From the human T2T-CHM13v2.0 reference genome, Homo sapiens, in assembly GCF_009914755.1 (NCBI RefSeq), contig NC_060926.1: DNA of 64,000 nucleotides; one strand, 5' to 3'. Shown piece after piece: positions 29,117 through 45,800 of this stretch. The position numbers and the translations under genes were made by a program. Numbering within the stretch: position 1 is the stretch's first letter; the number at the start of each line of letters is the position of its first letter. Under the pieces are notes generated by a model. It saw nothing but the letters and a program-made list of their open reading frames with translations, had not been told where the DNA came from and searched no databases.

Positions 29117-31224
29117 TATTTCAAAAAACTATTTCATAGATGCAGACATTTCCGCAAACATTTTCTGAAAAGATATTACATACAAGGCACCATGCAGGAT
29201 GCTCAATACAGAGACAGAGTTGAGTAGAGCTTAGCCATTGCCAACCAGCAGTTTACAGTCTGGAAGTAGATTTGTAATTAAAAACTAAATGATCAAACAT
29301 GATGTGATGAGTGCTGTGACTGAGGTACCCCCAAAAGATAAGGAAGCTCAAGGGAAGAAGAGGTAACTGCTGAGTTAAATTTGATGACTTCAAGGTGGAG
29401 GTGACCTTGAAGCTGGGCCTTGAAAGGTATGCAGGATCTTATTTTTTGGAATACAAATAAATGAGAAATAATATTCCACAGCAGGCTCTTTCTCCCCAAT
29501 GCCCTTCTTCTCATGTGTATTCATGAAAAAGTTAGAAATTAATTAGAAAGATATATGATCAAGAAATAACTACGACAATGGATCTGCAAACCTTCCCTTT
29601 GAGCTCTCTGGAGATATGTTCTCCACCAGCACCCTGGTGTCAACAGAAATTCCTGTGAGTGCCAGAGAAAAAGGCGAGCCTGGGCTATTATCACTGGTAA
29701 TACCCAAGAAGGAAATGCTGTTGATAAGAAGTGGACAGTGTCCTAGACCAAACAGTTTTTATGGGAACAGAAAGTGGAGAGAACCAAGAGACTAATTCCT
29801 GGTTTTGTGCATTTGGGGTCTAAGCAATGGCAACAGAGGCGTTGTCCAATTTCACTGTCATGGAGGGGTTGGGGTAATCTCATTTACATTATATCCGCCA
29901 GTTTTCTGGACACATGAAATTTAGAAGCACAGAACATCTGTGCTTAAAAGATAAGCTTAAAGTGACAAAGCAAAGGAAAATCGCAGTTTTTTTTAAAGAC
30001 CCCAGCAGCAGCATAATGGCCAGTTTGGACTATGGTCCATTCTCTAATCCTTTAAACTGATTTCGGCACACAGCACTGTGTCATATGTTTGTGCTGCTCA
30101 CACATTTATGTAGGAGAGGTACAGCCTTTGTGTTTGTTGGAAAAGGTAAATATACCCCATGCAACTGCTTGTCCAAGAAGTGTTTCAACCACTTCTCATC
30201 AGCAAGAAGAGAAGGATTGTTAATGTGGGAACTGCAAAAGGTGTCTGGAGCTAAAGCTGTTCCTAGAGGTTCCGAGAACATCACACCCTCAGGCTTGTTT
30301 CCAACTCCTGAATTTTGGAGACAAACGGAAAGCAAAGCTCTGATACAAGGGAACAGAGTGATCCTTGCTATGTCTTCTGGATGCTTCCTTTAGCCACAAA
30401 CACTTTTTCTTTTCCATTTTGATTGGACATTAGCCCCCAACTCTCCAGCTCTCATCTCCCTCTCCCAAGAAGATGGACTTAAATAATGTATTCCTTACCT
30501 GACATGGATAGGATACAAAATACACAGGTCAGGTCTCAGTGACTCTGGACGCTTTTGGAAGAGCAACCTCCGTCATCCCCTTCTTGATAAATCCTTTTGG
30601 CACACCTTTGGGATATGAACAGACTCTCCTACCCACTGTTCCACCACTTGGGGAAAGGAATCCTTATGTTAGATAGGAGGCCACAATGGACACAAAGAAG
30701 TACTCACAGCAAACTAAGCACAGAGCTTTCTCATCTGAAGCAAGATCATGTTTTGAGAAGTCATGGATTCTGTTTTTCTTCTTGTGGTGTCACGCTCAAC
30801 TTATTCTCCAAAAGCTTATTTAACATGCCACTTGATGTTTTTGAACGGTATGTGATATACTTTATGAAGATTACAATTGCAGGCTCTCACATTACTCGTT
30901 TCTGCCTGTTAAAAATGAAGTGGATAAGAGAACATAAGATTTCAATATGGTCATACTATTTATACCTAGCAGGGAAGTGGAAGCAAGGAGGGATTTGCAA
31001 TCTTAGTTTTGGATATTCAGGGAAAAGTATACATTTAGAAAATAAAAACTTAGCCAAATTGAGTTCATTGCTTTTTGCAGAGATATTTCGCAGTGAAGAA
31101 CTCAAACGTCTTTAAAGCAGGGCATTATTAACAAGTGTTATCTTAATTAAAAACTAGACTTGGGCCTTGTGAGTCTTCTGTAGGTATCGACAAGGATTGT
31201 GGAGGAGGCTTGTATGAATTGGTT

Positions 31225-31435
31225 GAGAGCCTGGGATTTGTGACCAGATAGGCTTGGGTTTAAATCCCAGCTTTTTCATTTACTTGGGATTTGGAAAAGT
31301 TTCTTCAGTTCATCTGTGAAATGGAGATAATAATATCTAGCTTGTAGAGCTGTTAGAGTTGTTCTTGAGGTACAAACATATTAATGTTTCTAAATGTAGT
31401 ACCTAGCCATGTGGTACATTCTCACCAAATGGTAT
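31225..31435 (+). mobile_element. MIR
   Basis: ttgggtttaaatcccagct...catctgtgaaatggagataataata. Confidence 0.7.
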
Positions 31436-33039
31436 TAAAACAAGGTGGCTCATACGTACATCATGGGCTCTACAATCCCTTAAAAACAGAGGACCTTTTT
31501 TTCCCCAATTAGCAGAGAACAGACTCTGAAGCCATCCTCCATGGGAGGCTTAAGGAAGTGAAATGTGTGGGGGAGGTGAGGTGGAGAGGAAAAAGAGCAG
31601 GCAGCACAAGGCATTCTCTGAGTGCTCCAGCACAGCTGGCCAGAGGAGGTCTTTCTCCTTAACGATGATGCAGGAAGTTGGGGCAAAGTAGGCCACCAGT
31701 GCCCCCAGAGGGGCCTTGTCTCACCGTGGTATTCAACTGCTTTTTGTCACAAATCCCTGCTCACAGTGAAAGTGTTGTTAAGTGGATGTCTTGTGAAGAA
31801 ACTCTTAAGAAAATGATGCCTTTAGGAAAAGCGAAAAGCACGTTGAACAGTAGATCACTGTGACCAGGAGGTGAGGGGGTGATGCCATTTGCTTGTAAAG
31901 TAACAATGAATACAAACTTTCCAAACCACTCATCTGTTTTGCATGTGTAAAACTGGCATCTGAGCATGTCATTTGGCACAAAATCCCATGGCATTAACGT
32001 TTTCATATGGATGATGAAAGTATATAAAAAGCAGTTGCAACATGGGAAGTTGATGTTGGCTTTGGCCAGTGGACTGTTATTCATTACAAGAGTGACAGCT
32101 GTGCTAAGGATGGCGCCTACCTTGCCCTTATTTCCCACTCTCAGAGAGGAGGTCATCATCATGCATTTCTCTGCCCACAAAAGCAGCATTCAGATCAGAT
32201 GTATCCTTTAAAATCACAAAACTTGCCATGTCCTTGATTCACCTTGCTTTTTGGGACCACAACCAGATCGCTGAGATCTCTGAGCCAATGCTTTTTTTCC
32301 CCCCAGGCGAAAGCCTACAGTTGAGGATGCAAGCAAATACACAGAAATAAACCAACCATGTGCCTCCTTTGGGAATCTGATTTGGCCTATGAGTATGGGC
32401 CTGAAAATAACTAGATGTTTAATTATGCATCTAAACTTAGTCCATGAATTTGCATGTGTAAGTAATCAGGGAAGTATTTGCTTAGAAATGTGTTCCATTT
32501 CCTGTGTTTGCTCTAAAATAAAATTACTGAACAGCAAGATAGGATTCTGAAATATCTTTTTAAAATGTGTTCTAGAGTCCCACCGCTTGTAGCCTGGGAT
32601 CCACTTAGGTTAGATATCTTTTTGGGGAGGCTACCAATGGCAATCAAGGACAAAAGCCAAAGTAGGTAAAGTGACTTACGATGTGGTTCTCTTCTCCCTC
32701 ACTCTCTACCCCTACATAAACCAGGCTCATTCATAATAATTTTGTTCTCATTTTGGTAACTGTAGTAAAAACGTTGAGTAGGCACATAGGAGGGGTATTA
32801 TGAAGGATCAGGAACAGAGCCTGGTAGAATACTACCTGCTTCCAATTCATTCATTCACTCACTCACTCAAATATCTTCAAGTGCCTATTGTATACCAGAT
32901 AGGAAATACAAAGATGAAAAAACATGGCCTCTGTTTTTAAGAAGGTAATAGCCTAAAGGGGGCTTTATGCAGAGGACGACAATACACTGTGATAGACACT
33001 GTTAGTATAGGTGGGAAAGACTGAATGATTGCGTAGTAA

Positions 33040-33643
33040 GTAGTACTATTACATATCCACCCTTTCCATGGCCTCATAGTGGGTAGAATGTACTTCCCTG
33101 CCCTTGGTGCTGGAGTTTTTTGGCTGTGTGGCTTGCCTTGATCAGTGGGATACAAGCAGAGGCTTGAAATGGGCTTGCTAGGTTGGGTTTGAGTCCTTTT
33201 TTTTTTTTTTTTTGAGACAGAGTCTCACTCTGTCGTCCAGGCTGTAGTGCAATGGTGCGATTTTGGCTCACTGCAACCTCCGCCTCCCCAGGGTTTAAGC
33301 AATTCTTGTGCCTCGGCCTCCAGAGTAGCTGGAATTACAGATGTGCACCACCATGCGCAGCTAATTTTTGTATTTTTAGTAGGAATGGGGCTTTACCATG
33401 TTGGCTAGGATGGTCTAGAATTCCTGACCTCAAGTGATCCACCCTCCTCAGCCCCCCAAAGTATTGAGATTACAGGTATCAGCCACCGTGCCCTACCAAG
33501 TCCTTGAGCTTATGCATCTCTACTGGTGGAGCAAGGGCTATTCCAGCCAACCTGCAGATGGATGAATGATAAATAATGCTTCTAGTTGTATTACACTGAG
33601 ATATCATGATTGTTTATTTGTACAGCAAGAGCTGACTGATACA
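33040..33643 (+). mobile_element. MLT1H-like MaLR LTR split by an Alu
   Basis: gtgggtagaatgtacttccctgccc...; 3' end tgtacagcaagagctgactgataca. Confidence 0.65.
33199..33497 (-). mobile_element. AluS (Sx/Sz-like)
   Basis: Full dimer; TSD agtcctt at 33192-33198 and 33499-33505. Confidence 0.92.
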
Positions 33644-34089
33644 CTAAGACTACTGCAGGAAAATCTATGAGGGGCTTCAAATTCAGGCTTGAAGGTCTTG
33701 AGGAGGATCCTGAGAAATGGTAATGACTAAGCTGAGACCTAAAGGATAAGTGGTCTATATGTGCGTGTGTAGGTTTGGGGATGGCTGGTTATAGAGTGTA
33801 GAAAGAAGGGCAGACAGAAGGAATGGAGGTAAGAGAGAGCCTGGCTTGTCCTCTGAGCTATAAGTAGTGCAGCTTGGCTGCAGCAGGTAGAAAAGCCAAC
33901 CTTACATAGGGCCACCAACCTGAAGAAAGAGGAAGGCTGGAATCCGGCAGCGTATTCAAGGTTGCTCTCACTGGGCACTGGCCCCTGTCTGGTGTAGCAT
34001 CACTGAGAATTTCTTTCACAGGAGTTTCTTATAGATAAAAGTTATTCAAAAGAAAGCTTCATGTCATTTTGACTTGTATTCATTTCCTA

Positions 34090-34569
34090 TTACCCATTTT
34101 GAAAGTCAGGATCGGTGGGGGCGGTTCCAAGACAGCCGAATAGGAACAGCTCCAGTCTATAGCTCCCAGTGTGAGTGATGCAGAAGACAGGTGATTTCTG
34201 CATTTCCAACTGAGGTACCAGGTTCATCTCACTGGGGCTTGTTGGACAGTGGATGCAGGACAGTGGGTGCAGCCCACCGAGTGTGAGCCGAAGCAGGGTG
34301 AGACATTGCCTCACCTGGGAAGCACAAGGGGTCAGGGAATTCCCTTTCCTAGCCAAGCAAAGCTGTGACAGACAGCACCTGGAAAATCGGGTCACTCCCA
34401 CCCTAATACTGAGCTTTTCCAATGGTCTTAGCAAACAGCACACCAGGAGATTATATCCCGCGCGTGGCTTGGAGGGTCCCACACCCACAGAGCCTCGCTC
34501 TTTGCTAGCACAGCAGTCTGAGATCAAACTGCAAGGTGGCAGTGAGGCTGGGGGAGGGGCGCCCGCCAT
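34090..34569 (-). CDS. L1 antisense ORF0, open and extended to 159 aa (translation not demonstrated)
   Basis: MAGAPPPASLPPCSLISDCCAS... is the ORF0 N-terminus; ATG in gcaATGg context; no stop until 34090-34092, outside the element. Confidence 0.5.
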   Translation of the reverse strand: MAGAPPPASLPPCSLISDCCASKERGSVGVGPSKPRAGYNLLVCCLLRPLEKLSIRVGVTRFSRCCLSQLCLARKGNSLTPCASQVRQCLTLLRLTLGGLHPLSCIHCPTSPSEMNLVPQLEMQKSPVFCITHTGSYRLELFLFGCLGTAPTDPDFQNG

Positions 34570-35139
34570 TGCTGAGGTTGAGTAGGTAAACAAAGTGGGA
34601 AGCTCGAACTGGGTGGAGCCCACTGCAGCTCAAGGAGGCCTGCCTGCCTCTGTAGACTCCACCTCTGGGGGCAGGGCATAGCTGAACAAAAGGCAGCAGA
34701 AACCTCTGCAGACTTAAATGTCCCTGTCTGACAGCTTTGAAGAGAGTAGTGGTTCTTCCAGCACGGAGTTTGAGATCTGAGAACGGACAGACTGCCTCCT
34801 CAAGTGGGTCCCTGACCCCCGAGTAGCCTATCTGGGAGGCACCCCCCAGTAGGGGCAGACTGACACCTCACACGGCTGGGTACCCCTCTGAGATGAAACC
34901 TCCAGAGGAACAATCAGAGAGCAACATTTGCTGTTCAGCAATATTTGCTGTTCTGCAGCCTCTGCTGCTGATACCCAGGCAAACAGGGTCTGGAGTGGAC
35001 CTCCAGCAAACTCCAACAGACCTGCAGCTGAGGGTCCTGACTGTTAAAAGGAAAACTAACAAACAAAAAGGACATCCACGCCAAAACCCCATCTGCACGT
35101 CACCATCATCAAAGACCAAAGGTAGATAAAACCACAAAG

Positions 35140-36155
35140 ATGGGGAAAAAATAGAACAGAAAAAATGAAAATTCTAAAAATCAGAGCACCTCTCCTCCTC
35201 CAAAGGAACGCAGCTCCTCACCAGCAATGGAACAAAGCTGGATGGAGAATGACTTTGATGAGTTGAGAGAAGAAGGCTTCAGACTATCAAACTTCTCCGA
35301 GCTAAAGGAGGAAGTTCGAACCCATGGCAAAGAAGTTAAAAACCTTGAAAAAAGATTAGATGAATGGCTAACTAGAATAACCAATGCAGAGAAGTCCTTA
35401 AAGGACCTGATAGAGCTGAAAACCATGGCACGAGAACTACGTGACGAATGCACAAGCTTCAGTAGCCAATTCGATCAACTGGAAGAAAGGGTATCAGTGA
35501 TGGAAGATCAAATGAACGAAATGAAGCGAGAAGAGAAGTTTAGAGAAAAAGAATAAAAAGAAATGAACAAAGCCTCCAAGAAATATGGGACTATGTGAAA
35601 AGATCAAATCTACGTCTGATTGGTGTACCTGAAAGTGATGGGGAGAATGGAACCAAGTTGGAAAACACTCTTCGGGATATTATCCAGGAGAACTTCCCCA
35701 ACCTAGCAAGGCAGGCCAACATTCAAATTCAGGAAATACAGAGAACACCACAAAGATACTCCTCGAGAAGAGCAACCCCAAGACACATAATTGTCAGATT
35801 CACCAAAGTTGAAATGAAGGAAAAAATGTTAAGGGCAGACAGAGAGAAAGGTCGGGTTACCCACAAAGGGAAGCCCATCAGACTAACAGCTGATCTCTCA
35901 GCAGAAACTCTACAAGCCAGAAGAGAGTGGGGGCCAATATTCCACATTCTTAAAGAAAAGAATTTTCAACCCAGAATTTCATATCCAGCCAAATTAAGCT
36001 TCATAAGTGAAGGAGAAATAAAATCCTTTACAGACAAGCAAATGCTGAGAGATTTTGTCACCACCAGGCCTGCCCTAAAAGAGCTCCTGAAGGAAGCACT
36101 AAATATGGAAAGCAATAACCAGTACCAGCCACTGCAAAAACATGCCAAATTGTAA
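35140..36155 (+). pseudogene. L1 ORF1p, disrupted
   Basis: ATG GGG AAA AAA TAG (stop at codon 5), frameshift near 35550, ends ...QKHAKL*. Confidence 0.93.
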
Positions 36156-36218
36156 AGACCATTGAGGCTAGGAAGAAACTGCATCAACTAATGAGCAAAA
36201 TAACCAGCTAATATCATA

Positions 36219-40033
<3,815 letters not shown>

Positions 40034-40230
40034 ACGAGAACACTTGGACACAGGAAGGGGAACATCACACACTGGGACCTGTTGTGGGGTGGGGGGAGGG
40101 GGAAGGGGTAGCATTAGGAGATATACCTAATGTAAATGATGAGTTAATCGGTGCAGTACACCAACATGGCACATGTATACATATGTAACAAACCTGCACG
40201 TTGTGCACATGTACCCTAGAATTTAAAGTA

Positions 40231-40257
40231 ATATATATATACATATAAAGAAATATA

Positions 40258-40293
<36 letters not shown>
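40231..40293. repeat. (TA)n-rich microsatellite replacing the L1 poly(A) tail
   Basis: atatatatat...tgtgtgtatatatatatat lies between the L1 3' end and the 3' TSD. Confidence 0.92.
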
Positions 40294-40494
40294 GAAAGGT
40301 AGTTGGGATCAAGTTGACAAGGATCTGGTCAAAGACTAAAATCCAGTGTGTATAATACATATAATCCTCAAATATTGTATACATGAGACTATACTATGGT
40401 GTCCATGGTATCCGAACTCTATTTTGGGGTAACACCTTCGTATTATGGCTTTTCTTAAGCCATATATTTTTTGTTTTCAGGATTCATATTCCAG

Positions 40495-40650
40495 AATCAT
40501 AGAATTTTAGAATTGATAGGGGCTTTAGGTCTTCTAGTGCAACCTTCACAGATGGCACCAGAGAGGTGAAGTGAGCAGCTAGAGGTCATGCAGTAAATTC
40601 TTGGCAGGGCTGGAATGGCAAGTTTTTTCATTTGAGTCTGTTGCCTTCAC
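40495..40650 (-). mobile_element. MIR fragment
   Basis: aatcatagaattttagaattg...cagagaggtgaagtgagc...gaggtcatgcag. Confidence 0.6.
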
Positions 40651-40830
40651 TCCTTCGCTTCCCCTCTCTTCCTTTTCCACTATGCTGGATGTTACCTGGA
40701 ATATTTTTGGTTTTGTTTTTTTTTCATGCTGGAAGATATCATTTTTCCTACCGGAGTAGAGCCATAATTGAGCCAAGCACCTGGCTCTTATGGAAAGGCA
40801 CTATCCACTGAGGGCCCAGCCTAACAGACA

Positions 40831-40883
40831 CACCACCACCACCACCACCACCACCAGCACCACCATCACCACCATCACCACCA
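40831..40883. repeat. (CCA)n imperfect trinucleotide repeat
   Basis: caccaccaccaccaccaccaccaccagcaccaccatcaccaccatcaccacca. Confidence 0.95.
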
Positions 40884-42159
40884 GCCCTGTCTCTCTTCTA
40901 TTTCCCACTGAACCCAGTATTCTAAATATTACTAAATATTTTTCTCTTCTTTTATTTTCTTTTGGTAAAAGGGGCCTTAAATATAATAACCCCCATTGAT
41001 TTGAAAGGAAGGGGATTTTAACTGGGTTCTAATGACCCAACCAATTTATTTAAATGAATAATAATGCATTTAGCTGCCCAGGATTTGTCATTTTCTTTGA
41101 CTAATGCAATGTTAGAGAAATATTATAGACTTAGCAGGATTAAATCACCTCACATATGTGTCTCTGTACTGTACCTGAAGCCTACATCATATTAAATGGT
41201 AATAGTAAGAACCATTTCCACCTATAACTCATACTGAAAATTGACTTGGTCATGACTCACAAGCACATTGTTAACACATAGTTAAGTATATATGCTTTTT
41301 CCTTCTTTTTTTTTCTTTTTTTGTTTGGAACAATTTTAACTTCATGTGACATATACTTTTCTAAAATTTGACTGACACCTTGACTACATACTCCTTTAAT
41401 GAGATTTATAAACTCAAAATTCAGAAGGTTCCTTTTATTCTGACATATACAACATTGTCAAGATCACCTGAAAAGCCCAGTGATTTTACTACATACCATT
41501 GAGTCAATAATTAAACAGAGAAACCATTTAATTATTTGCCAAGATTTTTACCTGTAAAAGTGTCTCAGAGTTAGAAGCTATCCAGATCAAATAACTGGGA
41601 AATTAAAATTAATGACCAGAAAAATGACTGGCTTTGCCTTTGGCATTTCTCTTGGATAACAGTTGGCTTCGAGGCAGTTTGTAATCTGGGTTCTATTCCC
41701 TGCTTTGCCACAGTTAGACATGTGACCTCAGGCAAATCACATAAGTCTCTGTGGTCTTCAGCCTCCTCATTCATCAAATTAGAAGGTTGAACCAAGTAAG
41801 AATTTCTGCCTCTTTCTATGTCTAGCACTTAAAATTATTATCCAGAGAGTGGCTGGTTGTCATTTATTCTCCAGATTCACCTAGATGAGAACCATTATGA
41901 AGGAGGCTGAAATTGCAGCAAGGAGTGCACAGGTTGAATTTGAATAACTTTACCATAAAGAGAAATATTGACTGCAGGACTGGATTATGCTGTTAATCTG
42001 ACTGCTCTTAGGAGTCCTTAAAAATAAATCAATAATATATATGGCCTGCCTTTATAGATATTTTTTGCATATAGACCTACCTGTGGCTAGCATCAATTAA
42101 AAAGAAGGACAGACTCTCCTAGAAACAGGGGCCAATTTTACCATAAGTGACTATTTTGT

Positions 42160-42830
42160 TCAGAATCTTTTTAGGACTCTTAGGCTGCTAGTAACCACAG
42201 CCAACTTAAGTGAGTTTGAGCAACAGTGGTTTTAAGGACAGAAGCATTTTATGAAACCCAAGAACAGAAATGCAGCTGGACCTCGGGAGAGGTCTGCAGC
42301 TAGGAAGAGAAAAGTTGTCAGGAGCCTTGGTGGGGCCTTCTCTCTATCTCTTACTGCTACTTCTCTCTGATTATTGCTTATATTATTTCCCCTCTACAGA
42401 ATATGCAATTGCAGGTAGAAGATGCCCCTTTTCCAACCACCACCTAACACATACACACACCCTGCTCCAGGTGACTAAAGTTTGCCTTATCTTCATATAA
42501 GGCAACAGCCTGCATTAATTGGAAGGTTTTCAATCCAAATTCCAAATCCTAAAAGAGATGATCTGATGGCCCTGATTGGCTCAGTATGGTCAAGGGTTTA
42601 TCCCTGGTTCAACCAACTGCAGGGGGGTAGGTAGGGTCCTCTGTTCCAGAGTAGGCTATTGAGCAAGAATTCTTCATTGCACACCTCCAGGGGCACTACT
42701 CATATTTTGTTGTGTGTGCATGATACCCAGTGGAGTTGTGCAATGGGAGGTCCTACTGTTGTCTGGAGATAGTTCTCAAGTAAGGGGGACTATTGTCAGC
42801 TATAGCCAAAAGGCATTTACTGTATCTAAC
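42160..42830 (-). mobile_element. Old MLT1 (K/L-type) LTR relic
   Basis: aggactcttaggctgctagtaac...ctgattggctcag...tccctggttcaaccaactg. Confidence 0.5.
42675..42745. mobile_element. MER91-like palindromic hAT MITE
   Basis: Inverted arms cattgcacacctcca ... tggagttgtgcaatg. Confidence 0.6.
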
Positions 42831-45800
42831 TAATTGTAGTTGCTAGAAAGTCAACCCTTTCCTCCATACAACTCCCTCCCACTTAACAGACCTTAGCAGC
42901 CATGTTTCCTCTACATAGGGCCTGAAATTCTGCCAACCTTTGAGACCTAAAAGACCTGTCTCCTTCTTTACAGTTCTGTATCTTTGTGTCTGAGATGAGC
43001 ATCTAGTGATAGAAGAGGCAGTGGATCTTCCATGTTTCCCTTCCTGAAAGCCACTCTGATGGCTTTCAAAGGCATCTATATGAGACTTCTTCCCTCTTCC
43101 TCTTCATTTAGAGAGAAGCATTCCAAGTGAGTGATCTACTGAGGGGCTGTCTTCTAGAATTTCAGGATTTTCTTGGTTCCATCATCATAAGCAGCCCCAA
43201 ACTCAACCTCCACTGAGAAGAGACAGTTTTCACTGCAAAAATAAGCCACATGTGTCCTCTCCAAAACACACAGCTCTGCTGGATGTGAACCAGCATTACA
43301 CACTTTCAATTTATTTTCTTTGATTCAGAACTTTTTCATGCAGATTTATGAACAGTAGATGTGGAGATCAATTTAGCCCTAATTCTGCCTTATTTTACTT
43401 GGCCATTCTGGGGACCAAGTCTTGACTCAAGTGGCTACAGTTAAGATAGCAAATCTTTGAAAAGCTGAGCTGCTTTTGTTTGGTGCTTGGCATCTGGTGC
43501 ATGTAGAATGGCTTGGATCTGATATTTCCTTTCCCTGTAAAGTAAGAACACATCTCTTGAAAAGGTTTGATACAGTCCTGCCAAAGAAGGAAGCAGGAAA
43601 CTCAAGCCAGCTTGGAGTTTCATGAGCCATGGAAAACTGGCTAAATTCACCATGAAAATAATTTGGAAACATGAAGAGAGTACAGAGCAGCCTCTTTCTA
43701 GCCCAGTTTTTCATTCTAGTCTGAGGAATACTATGCATTAATGCATATTTGCTGAAATATGACAATTTAAATGTTATTAATTCATAAGACGCTAGATCAG
43801 AATTGTGATCATCTGAACAAATATCATGAAGTTGAACTTTGAAAAATAATGATTGTAGTGGCATTAATGATACAAACAAATGGCCTGAGACTGAACTCTG
43901 AAGTGATCAACAAGGTAACTTGCGTATGAATGTGCACATCTTGAATGATGCTGTGTTTACGTAAACTAAGTCTAAAGTATCAAAAAAGCAATTACATTTA
44001 GAGCATTACATAATATAGAATTTCATTAATCTGAACAGTTGTCCCACCCCTTAGTCTGAATTAGTGAGGCTTACTTGTACATAAAATAAAGGGAAGAAGT
44101 TTAATCTCAGCCTCCAAATCCAGTTCACTCTGGTGCTTTCAAGCCCCTGAAAGTTTCCACATGTGCACAAGTAGCAGACCTTTGCAAAATTTAAAACTGT
44201 TAGTTTAGATTCAGTGAATCAGCTATGGTTCTTAGTTTCCTTCAGTCATTCCTACATTCTTCCCGCTTTCCAAAGGTTCTTTTATTTTTCTAGTACATGT
44301 ATTTTAAGTGGGTTTCTCTGTTTGTTTGATTTTCTGTTTTTAAAGGTTACATTTGGAAGGTCTCATACACAAACATTAATAAAAGTGATGGAGAACAGAT
44401 TTAATGGCATGCAACCTGAGAGTGTTAATTAGCATGAGAATGCTTGCTACGTGCCAAGAAAGCTGTGTTCAATGCCAGTGATACAAAGATGAATATGTTC
44501 CCAGAAAAAAAGACACATAAGATTGTAGAAGATTGTAATGAAAAAAAAAAAAAAAAAGCAAGATTTTAGTACTGGGGAGCATGAAGATGGAAGTTGAGGA
44601 AGGTTCAGTGAGGAAGTAACAATTGAGCTGTGTCCTCAAGATTGAGTAGGAGTTGTTTAGGGTGGGAGGATCAGAAAGGTAGTCTCATTAAGGAGTACCA
44701 AAATCTTGGTGTATCAGAGGCTCATCAAGGGACTCAGAGCTTGGAGCAGAAGTTGCCAGGAGAAATGGCAGATGTGGCTTTCCGTGGAGGAGGGCCTTCT
44801 ATGCCATTATAAGGAATTAGGGTTTTATCTTGAAGCCAGTGGTTTGTAGGTTTGATTGTTTGGTTTTGATCAACATGCTTCCTTTTCAATGAAAAATTCA
44901 AGCCCTCAAGTGTAAAAGAGATGGATGCAGAGCAGATTCTTAGAAGTTGAAAGAGGGAGCTTGGGATTCAATCTTCTCAGCCCCTCAGGCTCCCCACAGA
45001 AGGCCATCTGAAAGCCAAACAAGAAGGAAATGGGGACTGCACTGTAAGCCTAGAAGTGGTCCAGTGCTGTGTGTTTCTGTTTCTGAAAGGTCAACCTGTC
45101 AGCACTGTGGAGTTGGGAACAAAGACAGACAGGAAACAGGGAGACCCACTGGGCCCTGATGCTAGGGCCTGAAGAAAGCATCTCACCATGGGCACAGGCA
45201 GGAGGTGTTTCTAAAGCTGGTTAATTAACTAGGGGGAAGGGAAGCATACATTGGGGATGATCCCAAGTTTTCTTCCAGATGCTGGGAGGAAGGCAGTGAG
45301 TGATATGGTAGCTTCCAAATTCATTTAACAACAAGAATGTGGCTATTAGATTCTGAGTAGTTTCATTCTAATACAAGACTCTGCAACCAAGTTTGAAATG
45401 TGCTGAATTCTCATGAGGAAAGGAGATGCCATGATTAGAGAAGTCATTTTTAAGATCTTTCCTGTTTTGGGATGTGGGAAGTTTTCTCAGAGGCAAGTTT
45501 GATACTGAATGAGACCTAACAGTTGTTTTAAATATATCCCTGGACCCTCAGTTTCATTCCTGATGTTTAATCCGTAATTAGTGGGAGACAAAAACTCTAA
45601 TAATGTCAACCAAATTTGAACTACCTTTTTTGCTGCAAATGTTTCTTGAGGTGTACATAAAAAGTGTAAATTACCATCCTTTAAAAAAAGTCTGAAAAAC
45701 TTCAAAATACATCTTATTACATGGAAGATGTGTTGGCAGTTTGGGTCTTACAGCCTCCAAAATAAAGACCTCTGATGGAAAACATTACTTAATTTTTGTC

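Larger units (their letters stand above)
32845..33900 (-). mobile_element. L2 fragment interrupted by an MLT1 and an Alu
   Basis: ttcattcattcactcactcactcaaatatcttcaagtgcctattgtataccag L2 3' end; L2 text resumes after 33645. Confidence 0.6.

Noticed and set aside
29925-29945. Inverted repeat aagcacaga-aca-tctgtgctt as a steroid response element
   Set aside because: AGAACA and TGTGCT are spaced by 2 nt rather than 3, and a 9-bp inverted repeat is expected by chance at this scale.
30597-31115. 172-aa ORF in unique sequence
   Set aside because: Starts at TTG, has no recognisable domain or codon bias, and no convincing exon boundaries.
40790-40999. Poly-Thr ORF (and the Met/Val-rich ORF at 54121)
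   Set aside because: Produced by trinucleotide repeats.
43427-43879. 150-aa minus-strand ORF
   Set aside because: Non-ATG start and no recognisable homology; within chance expectation for 64 kb.
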